IMG/VR virus record: IMGVR_UViG_3300037961_005428
Location: 1-64,000 of that record
Strand: one strand, 5' to 3'
Source: a virus
DNA: 64,000 bases
Part shown: positions 19,510-29,977 of the stretch, in pieces
Position numbering within the stretch: the first letter of the stretch is position 1
How the letters are laid out: the number at the start of each line of letters is the position of its first letter
Translations under genes and position numbers: made by a program
The notes under the pieces: model-generated
The model's database searches: none
What the model was told of the DNA's origin: nothing
The model's input: only the letters and a program-made list of their open reading frames with translations

Positions 19510-20064
19510 TCATTCAACACCTGCCACTCGCTTGACAATCTCCTCAAGTCCGGGGTATTCGGTGCGCAGTTTGTTCAACGGTCGGTCGCACACGATATCA
19601 CGGATGACACTCATGACATCATCCATGTCGGTCCCGAGGTATTCAAGCAACTGTCCCAGCGGGATGTCGGCCACCACGGGGTTCTTTGGCCATACTGCTG
19701 CCTCAATGGCATCCTTGACATGTTGCTTCTCAAGTCCTTTCACGAGTTCACCAGCGAGAATTTTCCCATCGGGAAAGACCGTGGCTTCACGATAGCCGAT
19801 GGTTGTCTTGATACCGGGTGGGCCGTAAAGCATACGGCTCCTTCCTTCACTGTCTTTCCCACGCTTCTTGCTCAGTTTCCCACTCCCCTCAGCAGAACTT
19901 GCGGTTGTCCCCAAGTCAGTCGCACTCTTTAGGGTCGTAGCCCGCTTGTCCACCAGTTGCGTCCATGCGTCCTCTGCGCTGATGTAGTCGCCGTGGGCCG
20001 TAATGATGTCCACGACAAATGCTCGCTTACCTTGTTTTTCTCCTTGCTTTGTTTTCATTTTCAT
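19510..20064 (-). CDS. hypothetical, possible wHTH DNA-binding protein
   Basis: ORF track; basic N-terminal domain. Confidence 0.5.
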   Translation of the reverse strand: MKMKTKQGEKQGKRAFVVDIITAHGDYISAEDAWTQLVDKRATTLKSATDLGTTASSAEGSGKLSKKRGKDSEGRSRMLYGPPGIKTTIGYREATVFPDGKILAGELVKGLEKQHVKDAIEAAVWPKNPVVADIPLGQLLEYLGTDMDDVMSVIRDIVCDRPLNKLRTEYPGLEEIVKRVAGVE

Positions 20065-20429
20065 TCCTCCAGTTCTTGCAGTTTATTTGTTAGAGCCAAC
20101 ACCCTGCTATTCAATGTGGCTATTTGTTCGGTGAGTTTGGTCGCCTTCTCGTTGACCAATCTCTCCACGAATGATTCCACCATCGTGTCAAGTTTGGTGG
20201 CGATGGTTGCCTCCACGATGGTGTCAATGTATTGAGTCGTCTCTTCCACCCGATTGATGCGGGCCTCCAGTGCCATCACTTCATTGTAGACGGCAGAGTT
20301 AGCCCGCTGTTGTAGCGCCGTTTGTCGCTGCTCGGTCCTACAAGACCGGCAGATTTTCCTGTTCATGGTAATGTCACCTTTCAGCGACTCCGCTCTGTAT
20401 TCAATTTTACACACTATGCATTCCGGCAT
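20061..20429 (-). CDS. Zn-finger plus coiled-coil protein
   Basis: CIVC...CRSC then heptad helix; directly downstream of promoter copy 2. Confidence 0.65.
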   Translation of the reverse strand: MPECIVCKIEYRAESLKGDITMNRKICRSCRTEQRQTALQQRANSAVYNEVMALEARINRVEETTQYIDTIVEATIATKLDTMVESFVERLVNEKATKLTEQIATLNSRVLALTNKLQELEE

Positions 20430-20441
20430 TTAACTCAGTCT

Positions 20442-20479
20442 CCTATTGTTTTGATTCTTTATAAGGAGAAGTTGAAATC
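20442..20479 (-). promoter_or_regulatory. conserved early promoter copy 2
   Basis: 38 nt identical to 29940-29977. Confidence 0.78.
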
Positions 20480-20673
20480 GGGCCACTCACGCGAACCACT
20501 CATCCTTCACATCTCTTGCCAAGTATTCCAAATCAGCGACTCTGTTGTTGAACACGGCGTACACTTCCTCGGTCAACTCACCTTCCCTCATCATCTTGTG
20601 CGCTACCGTGACGACTCCCTCAAGGTTCGCCATCAGTTCAATCCATCGTTCTTCCTTTGCTGTGTACACCATA

Positions 20674-21168
20674 TCAGTTCCTCCGGTAGATGTAATAGGT
20701 CGTGCCATTGTAAGTGACTTCATACTCCTCGTGGTCGTAGCCAGCAAGGAAGTGCCCTCGCCCATCACAATTGATTGCGTCTTCAACGAAGTAATCAAAG
20801 TCCTTTATCATCGCCATGAGTGGTTCGTTTGCACCCTCACACATCTCCTGTATTTTCTTGATTGCATCAGCGGCAACTCCTGTGTGTGCTTGTAGGAACG
20901 ATGGGGTGAACGCCCACACCATCTCTTCAATCTCTTCCTTACACCACTCGTCTGCTTGTTTGTCTGTGAGAACCAAGTAGTTCTCCATGTCAACCTCATG
21001 TTGTGCCTCTTCAAAGTCCGAGGGTGTAAATGTATCCACAAGATGATGAGGGAAGTTGCCTTTGAGGTGGATGGCGAGAGCGATACCCTCAGCCGTCACA
21101 CCCATCTCTTCTGTCACATTTATCCAAAGCGATGCTTTCAATTGTTCTTCATTCATAATGTTCCTCAT
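20674..21168 (-). CDS. acidic hypothetical protein
   Basis: YLVLTD..AD...DGRGHFLAGYD.EE...YYIYR. Confidence 0.6.
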   Translation of the reverse strand: MRNIMNEEQLKASLWINVTEEMGVTAEGIALAIHLKGNFPHHLVDTFTPSDFEEAQHEVDMENYLVLTDKQADEWCKEEIEEMVWAFTPSFLQAHTGVAADAIKKIQEMCEGANEPLMAMIKDFDYFVEDAINCDGRGHFLAGYDHEEYEVTYNGTTYYIYRRN

Positions 21169-21233
21169 TCTTCATGCCTCCAAGTATTCTTCGTAGATGT
21201 ACTCGTCTGTCTCTATTCGTATTTTCAGTTGTG

Positions 21234-21668
21234 TCATTCCATCACCCCGTTCTCTTTGAACTCCCATTCGTTTGCCTCAGCCGTGTAGTGCAAAGCCTCG
21301 TCGGTGTAGTGGTAGTCGTGTGCATCATGCAGTTTGTCCATCAAGCCTCGCATGTCATCGGCACGCAAGTGTTCAATCACTTCCGCATCCCAAAAGCAAC
21401 CTGTAAAGGGACAAGCATCTGCATCAAGTTCAGCCAGCAGTTCTTCATCGTAGTCCGTGAAGCGAATGAACTCACCTCGGTCGGGTACAAGAGAAACGCT
21501 GTAGTCAAGGTTGCCCCCAATGTGTTCGTGCAACTTGAAGAGAGAAGCATGGAACTGCTCACTCTCGTGGTCAGCCAAGTCGTGCAGGTTGTACCGCATC
21601 CACTCGTAGCACTTCTCCTTGTCGGGGTGTTCGTCAATCGTGTACACTGTGTAAGTTATATTTCTCAT
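21234..21668 (-). CDS. acidic hypothetical protein
   Basis: VYTIDE...CPFTGCFWD...ANEWEF.ENG. Confidence 0.6.
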   Translation of the reverse strand: MRNITYTVYTIDEHPDKEKCYEWMRYNLHDLADHESEQFHASLFKLHEHIGGNLDYSVSLVPDRGEFIRFTDYDEELLAELDADACPFTGCFWDAEVIEHLRADDMRGLMDKLHDAHDYHYTDEALHYTAEANEWEFKENGVME

Positions 21669-23401
21669 TCTTCATCCCACCCATCGTCACAAAATGACAA
21701 GTCAATGTTGCGGATGTGAGCACTGTAGTCCCACGAGAAATCAGTTCTCGCCGCCGCACCACACTTGGCGCAAATCAAACTCACCTGCACATGAGCAATC
21801 TCTGTACCCATGTCGTCCCAGTCGTCTACTTCATAAATTTTCCATTCGTGTTCACAAGTCATTCTTCATCCTCTCCCGATATGTCCAGCATGTCTTCTTC
21901 CTGCGTCCACAGTTCCTTGAAACGGTTCTGTGTTTTGTGCAGCGACTTAGCACTTGCATTGGCAAGGAAGGTCGTGCCACTCCGTAAGAAGAAAATAATC
22001 ATGAAGGGATAAGCGTCGTCGTCCCCGGCGTTGTCCCTTGGCTTCCAACTGATGGCTTCAACATGTTCCAAGTTCACCAGTCCGTTCACTGTGCGGATGT
22101 AGGTCTTCATTCAATCACTCCCTGCATGGACTCCCATGTTCTCATGTCTTCCCACACTTCATCGGGTATGCTGTCTACAATCAAGCGTAGCCGCTTGACT
22201 TCTTTCTGTGCTTTGCGTAGTGCAATCATTGTTCCTTTCATGTTTCATCACCACTTCACTGCGCTGTACAGGCGAGCGTACAGGTTTTTGATTTGGCTAA
22301 GCATTTTTCCAAGAGCGACCGGGTCGCCCTCAATGGTAGAACAGTAACCTTCATGGCTCGTATGTTGAAGCCTTGGGTCATCGTAGTCAATCACTTCTTT
22401 CAGTGTAGGAAGCAAGTCTTCTAACTCACCAATCATGTAGTGGATTGTGTCAACCACCACACCTTGTTCATCTGTCAGTTCGCTGTATGTCGTTCCTTTT
22501 TCAATCGTCACTTTCATGTTTCATTCCTCCTTCATGTCTTGTGGTTCCCAGTACACATCATCACTCACGAGTTCATTCCATTTGTTGTGGATGTACTTCG
22601 CCACATACTTGATGGTGTGAGGCTTTTCACGAATCCACTTATCCGCAAAACGCTTATTCTCATTACCCCACACATCACCTTCGCATTGGTGGTCGGTACA
22701 CATCTCATGTTCTTCCTTCAAGCCTTCATCTGCACAAGTGCAAAGCATAATCATGTAACTTACTCCCATGTTCATTCCTCCTTGTTCTCTCCGTAGTAGA
22801 GCATGTGGCACAGTTCAATTCGTGCATCGGGGTCGTTCATCACAGCGTTGATAGCCGCCATGTTTTCAAGGTCAAGCACGCCAAGCGGCCCGCTTTTCCC
22901 AATCCCCGGTTTGTAGCCGAGGCTACACTTGAGCATGGCCGTGAAGAGTTCTTTCACGGCTCGTACCGAACCCGAAGGGTACGGGTCGTTCAGCAGTTCT
23001 GCAATCTGTTCTTTCGCTTGTTCAATCTGCATGTGTCATTCCTCCTCGTTGTAGCGGTAGCGTTCACTGGCTGGCCAAAGGCGCAGGCCATCCTCGGTGT
23101 CCATGAACCGATAGAACTCCTTGCGGTGTGGCTCATAGTCGTCGGCATTGTCCAAGTCGTGCGTCTCGTCAACGAGCAACTTGAGCAGGCCCAGTGCTGC
23201 ACGCTCCGGTGTTTGAGAGCCGCCGCCGCTGAGAACGGCAGTCGTGCTTCCATTGCACCACTTTTGCCAACTGCTTACAAGGCCATCATCATCCACTTCT
23301 GCTTGCGCACCCATGGACTGGCCGAATGCAGTGAAGTTAAACTCCTCACCGCTTGCCATCAGTTCTGCTACTTGGTTTATCATCGTCATTGGTTTCATTC
23401 T

Positions 23402-25393
23402 TCATTCCTCCAGTGCCCAGCCTCTTTCTTGACGGAGTCGCTGGACCAACTCCTTGACGAGCGTCTTGCGCTCTTCTACATCACCGCCGTCAAGAACGGC
23501 TTTGACAACTTGACGCTTGCCTTCTACGACACGGTCAAAGTGTTCGTCAATGGTGTTTGATACGGATAGGTAGACGGCGTGAACCGACTGGCTCTCTTGG
23601 CCGATGCGGTACACCCGGTCTTCTGCTTGCTCCTCGTCAGTGGGAACCCACTCCCGTTCAACGAAGAGGACTGTGTCAGCAGCGGTGAGGGTGATGCCCT
23701 CCTTCGCAGCCATGGTGTTGCACAGCATCACATCCAGCCTCCCGGCTTGGAAGTCCTCAACCAATTGCTGTCGGTTCTGTGCCTTGACGCTGCCATCAAT
23801 CCGACCGACTCTCAACCGTTTATAGTCCTTTGATGCTGCGAGGTGTTCAAGGATGCCGTTTAGCACATCCTTGTGGTGACAGAACACGACGATTGGTCCG
23901 CCCGTGTTGTCGTTGTGAGTGCCAATCCAATCGGATGCCGCCGCCACTTTGAGCCGACCACATGTGTGGCGCAGGTCTTGAATCATCTGCAAGGCAAAGC
24001 CTTGCGGTAAGGACTCACCCATGGCTGCATGGTGGTCCATCGTGTGCCAGTATTCCTCCTGCTTGTAATCGTACTCCGACCTGTCAGCCTTGGACAGTTC
24101 AATCGGAATGAACTGGCGGACCTTGTCGGGAAGTTCAGTGAGCACTTCCTTCTTGAGTCGGCGGATGCACATGTCTCGTGTCCGCTCGTTGAGTTCCTGT
24201 GTGTTGCTGGCCCCGGAGAAGTCCCAGCCGAAGCCGTTGTGCCACGGGTCGCAGTAGCGATTCTTGTAGTCCCACTCGCTGGTGAACTGAGACGGAGCCA
24301 ACAGGTTCAGTGAGTTGAAGAACTCAGCCGGACGGCTGGCAATCGCTGTGCCGGACAAGCCAAGCACTTTCGGACTGAGCCGTCCGACTGAGATGGAAGA
24401 AGAGGTGCGCTTCGCCTTGCTGTTCTTGAGGTAGTGAATCTCGTCAAAGACTGTAATCTGTGGAGCCAACCGGTTGAGTCGGTCAGCCTGTTTATTCATG
24501 AGGTCGTAGTTGATGATGATAACATCGGCGTCCTTGACAGCATCAGCCTTGCCCGAGTTGACCACATGGATGGATTCGTCGGGGAGCCAAATGCCAACCT
24601 CCTTCTTCCAGTTGTACTTGACATTCGCCGGACACACCACAAGCAGCGGTCGCTCAGTGGGGTAGAGTGAGGCGTAGGCCAGTGCTTGAATGGTTTTGCC
24701 CACACCCATGTCGTCGCCGATGAGGCAGCGCCCGTGGGAGGCCTCAGCAAATGCCACGCCCACCTTTTGAAATGGGTACAATTCAAAGCCGTCGGGAAGA
24801 GACTGAGCCAGCCGACTGTCAAGTTCAGCGGCGTCCACCGATTTGAGTTCGGCAGCGGAACTCATCTCCACACGAGCGATGCTTTGGTTGATGTCCTCAT
24901 TGACTTGACGGCACTCCATGATGGCTGTAGCCAACGGTGGGTAGACTGTCTCCAGCAGACCGTAGAGTGTGCGTGCTTGCATCACAGGGATGGACCACTG
25001 CTTGATGTCGTTATGCCATTTGTAGTTGCTGATAGCCTTGACTGTGAGGCGCACCTTGTCACGCTGTCCTTCATCTCGGATGAAAGGCCAGTGGAGATGG
25101 AGGCGCTGACCCTTGACCTCCACCCAGCAAGAGTTTGGGTCACGCACCTCCACCCCCTTGATGAGTTCGTACATGTCAGCACAGTCAATGCCATGCGATG
25201 TGAGAATGTCAGCCGCCTTCTTGATGATGTTCGGCTCGTCCTTGATGGACCATGCCCGGAACTCCGGAACCCATATCGTCTGTGGGAAGGGGAGTTCTGC
25301 TTTGAGTTGGTCTTTGGCTTCCATGATGTAAGGGAAGTCAATGGCCAGTCGCTGCCCATATTGGTTGCTGTGTTTGTGTACTGTTGCTTTCAT
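23402..25393 (-). CDS. SNF2-family helicase, SMARCAL1/HARP-like with two N-terminal HARP-like repeats
   Basis: LYPFQ, DDMGVGKT, DEIH, LSGT, RRLKKEVL.ELP, EGITLT, QAEDRVYRIGQ. Confidence 0.92.
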   Translation of the reverse strand: MKATVHKHSNQYGQRLAIDFPYIMEAKDQLKAELPFPQTIWVPEFRAWSIKDEPNIIKKAADILTSHGIDCADMYELIKGVEVRDPNSCWVEVKGQRLHLHWPFIRDEGQRDKVRLTVKAISNYKWHNDIKQWSIPVMQARTLYGLLETVYPPLATAIMECRQVNEDINQSIARVEMSSAAELKSVDAAELDSRLAQSLPDGFELYPFQKVGVAFAEASHGRCLIGDDMGVGKTIQALAYASLYPTERPLLVVCPANVKYNWKKEVGIWLPDESIHVVNSGKADAVKDADVIIINYDLMNKQADRLNRLAPQITVFDEIHYLKNSKAKRTSSSISVGRLSPKVLGLSGTAIASRPAEFFNSLNLLAPSQFTSEWDYKNRYCDPWHNGFGWDFSGASNTQELNERTRDMCIRRLKKEVLTELPDKVRQFIPIELSKADRSEYDYKQEEYWHTMDHHAAMGESLPQGFALQMIQDLRHTCGRLKVAAASDWIGTHNDNTGGPIVVFCHHKDVLNGILEHLAASKDYKRLRVGRIDGSVKAQNRQQLVEDFQAGRLDVMLCNTMAAKEGITLTAADTVLFVEREWVPTDEEQAEDRVYRIGQESQSVHAVYLSVSNTIDEHFDRVVEGKRQVVKAVLDGGDVEERKTLVKELVQRLRQERGWALEE

Positions 25394-25702
25394 TCAATCA
25401 TCTCCGCATACATATTCAGTGTAATCCATCATCGCTGAGTCATTTCCATTGACCGCATTCTCAGCCCAATCGTATGCTCTAATGAGTCGTTCACGCAACC
25501 GCTTGACTTCGGCAAAAAGAAATGGAGCGTCTGCTATGAGTTGTGCGTTTGCGAGCCATTCATCACTTGTTTGTGGTTCCTCTTCGTCATAGACGAGTAG
25601 TGCCATCACCCTCCCCTTGTTGTCAAGTAAGCCTTCCCCTCCGAAATCGGGAGGAAACCATGGTGCAGGTGTGTGTCCTTCGTATTTGTCTGTGTCAATC
25701 AT
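25394..25702 (-). CDS. MIDTD/Ead-Ea22-like family member
   Basis: MIDTDKYEGHTPAPW...ANAQLIADAPFLFAEVKRLR. Confidence 0.7.
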   Translation of the reverse strand: MIDTDKYEGHTPAPWFPPDFGGEGLLDNKGRVMALLVYDEEEPQTSDEWLANAQLIADAPFLFAEVKRLRERLIRAYDWAENAVNGNDSAMMDYTEYVCGDD

Positions 25703-25893
25703 TCAATCTCACCTTGATGTTTCAATTCATCATAACATGGTTTACAGAACGGGCCTTCTTTGCCTTCACTGCACCACCATTCATCACGATAGTCACGGAT
25801 ATACACATCGCAAACATCGCAACGGCACTTTTTCCCGTTGTTCACTTTACCTGTTCGTATGCCCCGTTTGTCTGTGTCAATCATTCGTCTCAC
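25699..25893 (-). CDS. MIDTD-start Zn-finger protein
   Basis: MIDTDK + CDVC...CKPC. Confidence 0.6.
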   Translation of the reverse strand: MRRMIDTDKRGIRTGKVNNGKKCRCDVCDVYIRDYRDEWWCSEGKEGPFCKPCYDELKHQGEIE

Positions 25894-26126
25894 TCCAATG
25901 GGTGGTCAATGTCCTTATCCCCAAGCACCCAACGAAGAGCCTTGACCACGCCCTCCAATGCTTTGTAGTTCCTCATGTGATACATGCGCTTGTTCTTTGA
26001 ACAGGTCTGCATGGCTGTGAGATGTTGATTCTGTTTGCGCTCAGCCCTGTCCAGCATGGTTTCAATGTCATGCCAAGTCTTGTCGTAAGCAAAGTGTTCG
26101 CTGTCTTGATGGTCGCTCATTGTCAT
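25890..26126 (-). CDS. hypothetical protein
   Basis: ORF coupled to neighbours; ALEGVVKALRWVLG. Confidence 0.6.
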   Translation of the reverse strand: MTMSDHQDSEHFAYDKTWHDIETMLDRAERKQNQHLTAMQTCSKNKRMYHMRNYKALEGVVKALRWVLGDKDIDHPLE

Positions 26127-26413
26127 TCGCTCGCCTCCCTTAGTTGCTTCACGGTATCAAGTATCTCTTGGTCGTCTTCCTCGGATGTAGCGTCATTCAT
26201 GCTCATCCATTCGTAGTGCTTCATCAAAACCTCACGGGCTTTGAGAGAGGCTTCTTGCCATCGCTTCTCTTTGTCAAGCATGTACATGAACAATTCCTCC
26301 AGTTCTTCGGGGGTTATTCGCCCCCCTCCAATGTGGTCACAGTGTGCGCCGTGAGGGCACAACACACCTACTTCGCAAGTCTGCATACATTCGTTGTCGT
26401 CTGTGTCAATCAT
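26123..26413 (-). CDS. MIDTD-start protein
   Basis: MIDTDD + Cys/His segment. Confidence 0.6.
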   Translation of the reverse strand: MIDTDDNECMQTCEVGVLCPHGAHCDHIGGGRITPEELEELFMYMLDKEKRWQEASLKAREVLMKHYEWMSMNDATSEEDDQEILDTVKQLREASE

Positions 26414-26673
26414 TCCTCTTCATCTCCCAGTGCCTTTCTCATGTCAGTCATGATGTGGTCAAACGCATTACCACCTACATATCGCCTAAGACCGTGGACG
26501 AAATCCTCAACGATTCCAAGTCTTTCACGCAACCGCTTGACTTCTGCGAGGAGAAGTGGTGCGTCTGCACACAGTTCTTCATCAGCCGTGTTCCACGGTA
26601 TGCTTCCGTCACGGATTGATTCCACCGACCATTGGCCGAGTGTGCGTCCTTTGTATTTGTCTGTGTCAATCAT
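26410..26673 (-). CDS. MIDTD/Ead-Ea22-like family member
   Basis: MIDTDKYKGRT...ADAPLLLAEVKRLR. Confidence 0.7.
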   Translation of the reverse strand: MIDTDKYKGRTLGQWSVESIRDGSIPWNTADEELCADAPLLLAEVKRLRERLGIVEDFVHGLRRYVGGNAFDHIMTDMRKALGDEEE

Positions 26674-27086
26674 TCAATCACCTCGCTGAACATGGGTAGT
26701 ACCCTATGGCATTCACTGAGGATGTCGCTCAAAATAGGACTCACCTCTTCGTGGTTGTCGGGAATCATGGATTCAATGTCCTCAAGAACACGACGCAACC
26801 GCTTGACTTCTGCGAGGAGAAGTGGTGCGTCTGCGATGAGTTGCTGGTTAGCATTGAACATTTCACGAGCCGTTGCTCCTGTAGTGGAATGTTGCATGTG
26901 TAAGTCAAGTCCGTTACCATCCATCTGCCACCTGTTGTCACAGACGGCAACCGTGAGGGGCGACGGGAGCGGCGATGCAATCAAAACCACTCCTTCAACG
27001 GGCGGCTCATCATCCCACTCACCTGTGTGCTTGACTACTCGCCACGGCCCTTCTGTGTGTCCTTCGTATTTGTCTGTGTCAATCAT
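26670..27086 (-). CDS. MIDTD/Ead-Ea22-like family member
   Basis: MIDTDKYEGHTEGPW...LIADAPLLLAEVKRLR. Confidence 0.7.
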   Translation of the reverse strand: MIDTDKYEGHTEGPWRVVKHTGEWDDEPPVEGVVLIASPLPSPLTVAVCDNRWQMDGNGLDLHMQHSTTGATAREMFNANQQLIADAPLLLAEVKRLRRVLEDIESMIPDNHEEVSPILSDILSECHRVLPMFSEVIE

Positions 27087-27283
27087 TCAATCACTCCCAT
27101 GTCTCTCATGTTCCGACAGAACTCTAACGAGTCTATTTTCTCATCCAAGAAATCTTGAACGCTCATTTCAACAAGAAGCAACCGCTTGACTTCTGCGATG
27201 AGTGCTCTCATCAACTCGTTCACACCTACACTGCCGAGCAGTTTGTCATTCCACATCTCAATATATTCGTCTATGTCAATCAT
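27083..27283 (-). CDS. MIDID...EVKRL family member
   Basis: MIDIDEY...LIAEVKRL. Confidence 0.6.
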   Translation of the reverse strand: MIDIDEYIEMWNDKLLGSVGVNELMRALIAEVKRLLLVEMSVQDFLDEKIDSLEFCRNMRDMGVIE

Positions 27284-27900
27284 TCGCTCTCCTCCTTCTT
27301 CTCAAGTGCCCAGCGTAGTTGAGTGACGGCTCCGGAGAACGCATCCTCAAGCAAGGTCAGTGCCTCAACGACGGCGTTGACCTTGGCCGTGTTCTCGCTC
27401 ACCAAGTGGTTCATGGTGTCAGTGATGGTGTTGGCCACATGGTCTTGAATGTGCTCGCCCAATGCCAACACGAAGTCGTCGTTGCGAACCAGTGCGCTGA
27501 TGAGTTCGTCCTCGTCAGCCACCCAGTTCGCAAGGTCTTGCAGTTCAATGTGGCTGGCAACATCCTGTGCGTCCACTTCAATCTCGGAAGCGATGTCGTC
27601 TGTATCAATGCAGTCAACGAGGTCGCTTTTGTCAATGTAGTCAGCGAGGTCATACAGTTCAATGTGGTCAGCGAGGTTGCGCATGTCCACATAGTCTGCG
27701 ACTCGGTCGTAGTCCAGTGCGTCATCCAGTGCGTCGTCAAGGTCAATGTGGTCAACCAAGTCCGACGCCTCAATGTGTTCGGCCACCGCAGAGGGGTCAA
27801 CCTCCACATGTTCTGCAATCGCTTCTTCGTCCACCTCCAAGGTGGCAAGGTATTCGTTCACTCGTGCTTCAATTTTCTTTTCAATCCACTTTCGTATCAT
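27280..27900 (-). CDS. highly acidic protein with ~9-residue repeats
   Basis: LADHIELYD/LADYIDKSD/LVDCIDTDD-type units. Confidence 0.75.
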   Translation of the reverse strand: MIRKWIEKKIEARVNEYLATLEVDEEAIAEHVEVDPSAVAEHIEASDLVDHIDLDDALDDALDYDRVADYVDMRNLADHIELYDLADYIDKSDLVDCIDTDDIASEIEVDAQDVASHIELQDLANWVADEDELISALVRNDDFVLALGEHIQDHVANTITDTMNHLVSENTAKVNAVVEALTLLEDAFSGAVTQLRWALEKKEESE

Positions 27901-28249
27901 GTTTCATTCCTCCAGTTGTGTGTTCATTCTTCTTCTCCGTACATCTCTTTCAAGTATTCCTCTGCCAGTTCTTCGCTATCGTGGAGCGTCCCTTCCGTCC
28001 GGTCAAGGTAACCGGGCATGGTCATGTACGCATACCATCCATGCACAATGTCAATTTGATAGATGGAATCAACTCCCGCTTCAACAAATGGCTCAAGGTG
28101 TGGCTTCAACTTACCCTCCCTGTGCATGATGCCCAGTTCAGTATGCTTGAGCCCAGTGCTGTCGCTGATGTAGTGCAGTGGCACATACTCAGTGCCCATG
28201 TCTGTCCACACTTCAAAGCAAGTCGTTTCGTAAATCACAGGTTCCATTT

Positions 28250-29518
28250 TCATTCCTCCTCTTCGTTGTAATCAGCGAACCATTTGTTTTCTTCAATCGC
28301 CTTCAAAGCGATGGCGGCAAGTTCACGACCTGCTGAGCCACGGCCAAGTGAAACGACCTTGCTTGTGTCGCCACCTACCTCGGCAGCCAAGGTGCTGATG
28401 ACATTGCTGTTGCCGATGCCATCAACCCATGGCTGCATGAAGTTGTTGCTCCACAGCACATCGGTGTAGCCCATCGGGTTGAGGTTTTCAAGAGTCCAGC
28501 CAAGTGGAGTCTTCTCGTGGTCGTAATTATAGCGAGTCTTGTCCTCGTTGAGTTGGATGTAATTGTCAATGTCGGGAATCTCCTCACGCATGCTGTCAAC
28601 GGCCCGGCCATAGGATGCCTTCTCTTCTTCGTCAGCCGCAAGCAACTCCTTGGCGATGTCCTCGGCGGGCCGGTCCTCACCGTCCTCTTGCCAATCAATG
28701 TCGTTATAGCCACCGCCGAATAGGCAGAGCAGTCTGCTGGGGCCGGGACTCTCTTCTCGCCGTGCCTTGACAAAGGCGACCTTGTCCTCAAGGGAGTCAA
28801 GTTCTTCCTCGGACTTCATCAAGAAGTAAGCGTAGCGTGAGATGTCCACGAACTTGGTGCGCCTTGTGCCGTCGTACTTGATGTAGTAAGGGTTGCTTTT
28901 AACCTCGTACTCTTGATACTTATCACGGTAGCCATCCATGCTTGGGCGAACAGGAGTGCGGAACTCCATCACCACGCCGGGGTATTCAAAGCCCCAGTCC
29001 TCACAGTTGTGCTTCGTCATCATTTCGTGATGCCAATACTCGGAGTCGGGGTGAACATTATGCTGCTTCATGATTTGCTTGTGCAGTTCGGTCATGCACT
29101 CAATGTCATACTCGTCTTGGTCGCTGTCGTTCCACGCAGCGTAGTCGGACAGGGATGTCCACACCTTCTTGGTGCGGCTTTGTGTCCAAGTACGGTAGTT
29201 GTTGTCAAGGTAGCCACGCTCTTGGTCTTGTGGCTTAAGCAGAAACACCCATCGCTCACTGTCCTCGTGCCAGCCAATCGGCTGGTCGTTGATGGTGTCG
29301 TTGGCTAACTTCGTGATACCCTTGGGGACTTGAACAAAGTTGGACCACCGTCGGTTGACCATCGGCTCAAGCCACGCTCGTGGAAAGCCGGCCTCAACGA
29401 AGCCGTCAATGCCAGTCACGCTGTGACCATGGCTACCCGTTTCCTTTTCGTTTAGCCAGTCCACAAGGGTGGCTCGCTCTTCTTCATTCATGTTCTTCAA
29501 TACAGTCTTCATGTTCAT
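28250..29518 (-). CDS. hypothetical protein (422 aa)
   Basis: Long ORF with coupled junctions. Confidence 0.7.
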   Translation of the reverse strand: MNMKTVLKNMNEEERATLVDWLNEKETGSHGHSVTGIDGFVEAGFPRAWLEPMVNRRWSNFVQVPKGITKLANDTINDQPIGWHEDSERWVFLLKPQDQERGYLDNNYRTWTQSRTKKVWTSLSDYAAWNDSDQDEYDIECMTELHKQIMKQHNVHPDSEYWHHEMMTKHNCEDWGFEYPGVVMEFRTPVRPSMDGYRDKYQEYEVKSNPYYIKYDGTRRTKFVDISRYAYFLMKSEEELDSLEDKVAFVKARREESPGPSRLLCLFGGGYNDIDWQEDGEDRPAEDIAKELLAADEEEKASYGRAVDSMREEIPDIDNYIQLNEDKTRYNYDHEKTPLGWTLENLNPMGYTDVLWSNNFMQPWVDGIGNSNVISTLAAEVGGDTSKVVSLGRGSAGRELAAIALKAIEENKWFADYNEEEE

Positions 29519-29939
29519 TCGTATTCCTCCTCAAGTTCGTGGGGCTCAAGGTTCTCGGTGCCGTAGCCTTCGCACATCAGTGCGACGATGACCATGGTTT
29601 CCATCTCACCCTTCTTCATTGCTTCACGGCACTGGGTGTAGTCGTCATCGCCGTCGGCACGGACGACAACCTCGCCTACCTCAATGCCAAAGTTGCACAT
29701 ACCATTCCACCCTACATCTCGTCGGATGGCGATGGGCTGGCTGGGTGGGTAGGCTGACAGTAGGCTGATGAGTTCACCCACATTCATGCCCCAATGTTTG
29801 TCCCAGTTCTTGCCTTGACTGTAGTGGTCGGTGTCTCCTTTCTTGGCGTTCTCCAATTGTCTCAGTGTGTACTCGTGGTAAAACGGCTGTTGCTTCGTGT
29901 CTTCTTCTGTCTGCATATTTTTTTCCTCCAGTTTGGTTT

Positions 29940-29977
29940 CCTATTGTTTTGATTCTTTATAAGGAGAAGTTGAAATC
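29940..29977 (-). promoter_or_regulatory. conserved early promoter copy 3
   Basis: Identical to 20442-20479; upstream of 29916 start. Confidence 0.78.

Noticed and set aside
25394-27283. Repeats as a CRISPR array or DGR template/variable pair (given a Cas4-like gene at 2271)
   Set aside because: Repeats are coding, irregularly spaced by hundreds of nt; no adenine-specific mismatches or reverse transcriptase seen; Cas4-like nucleases are common stand-alone viral replication genes.
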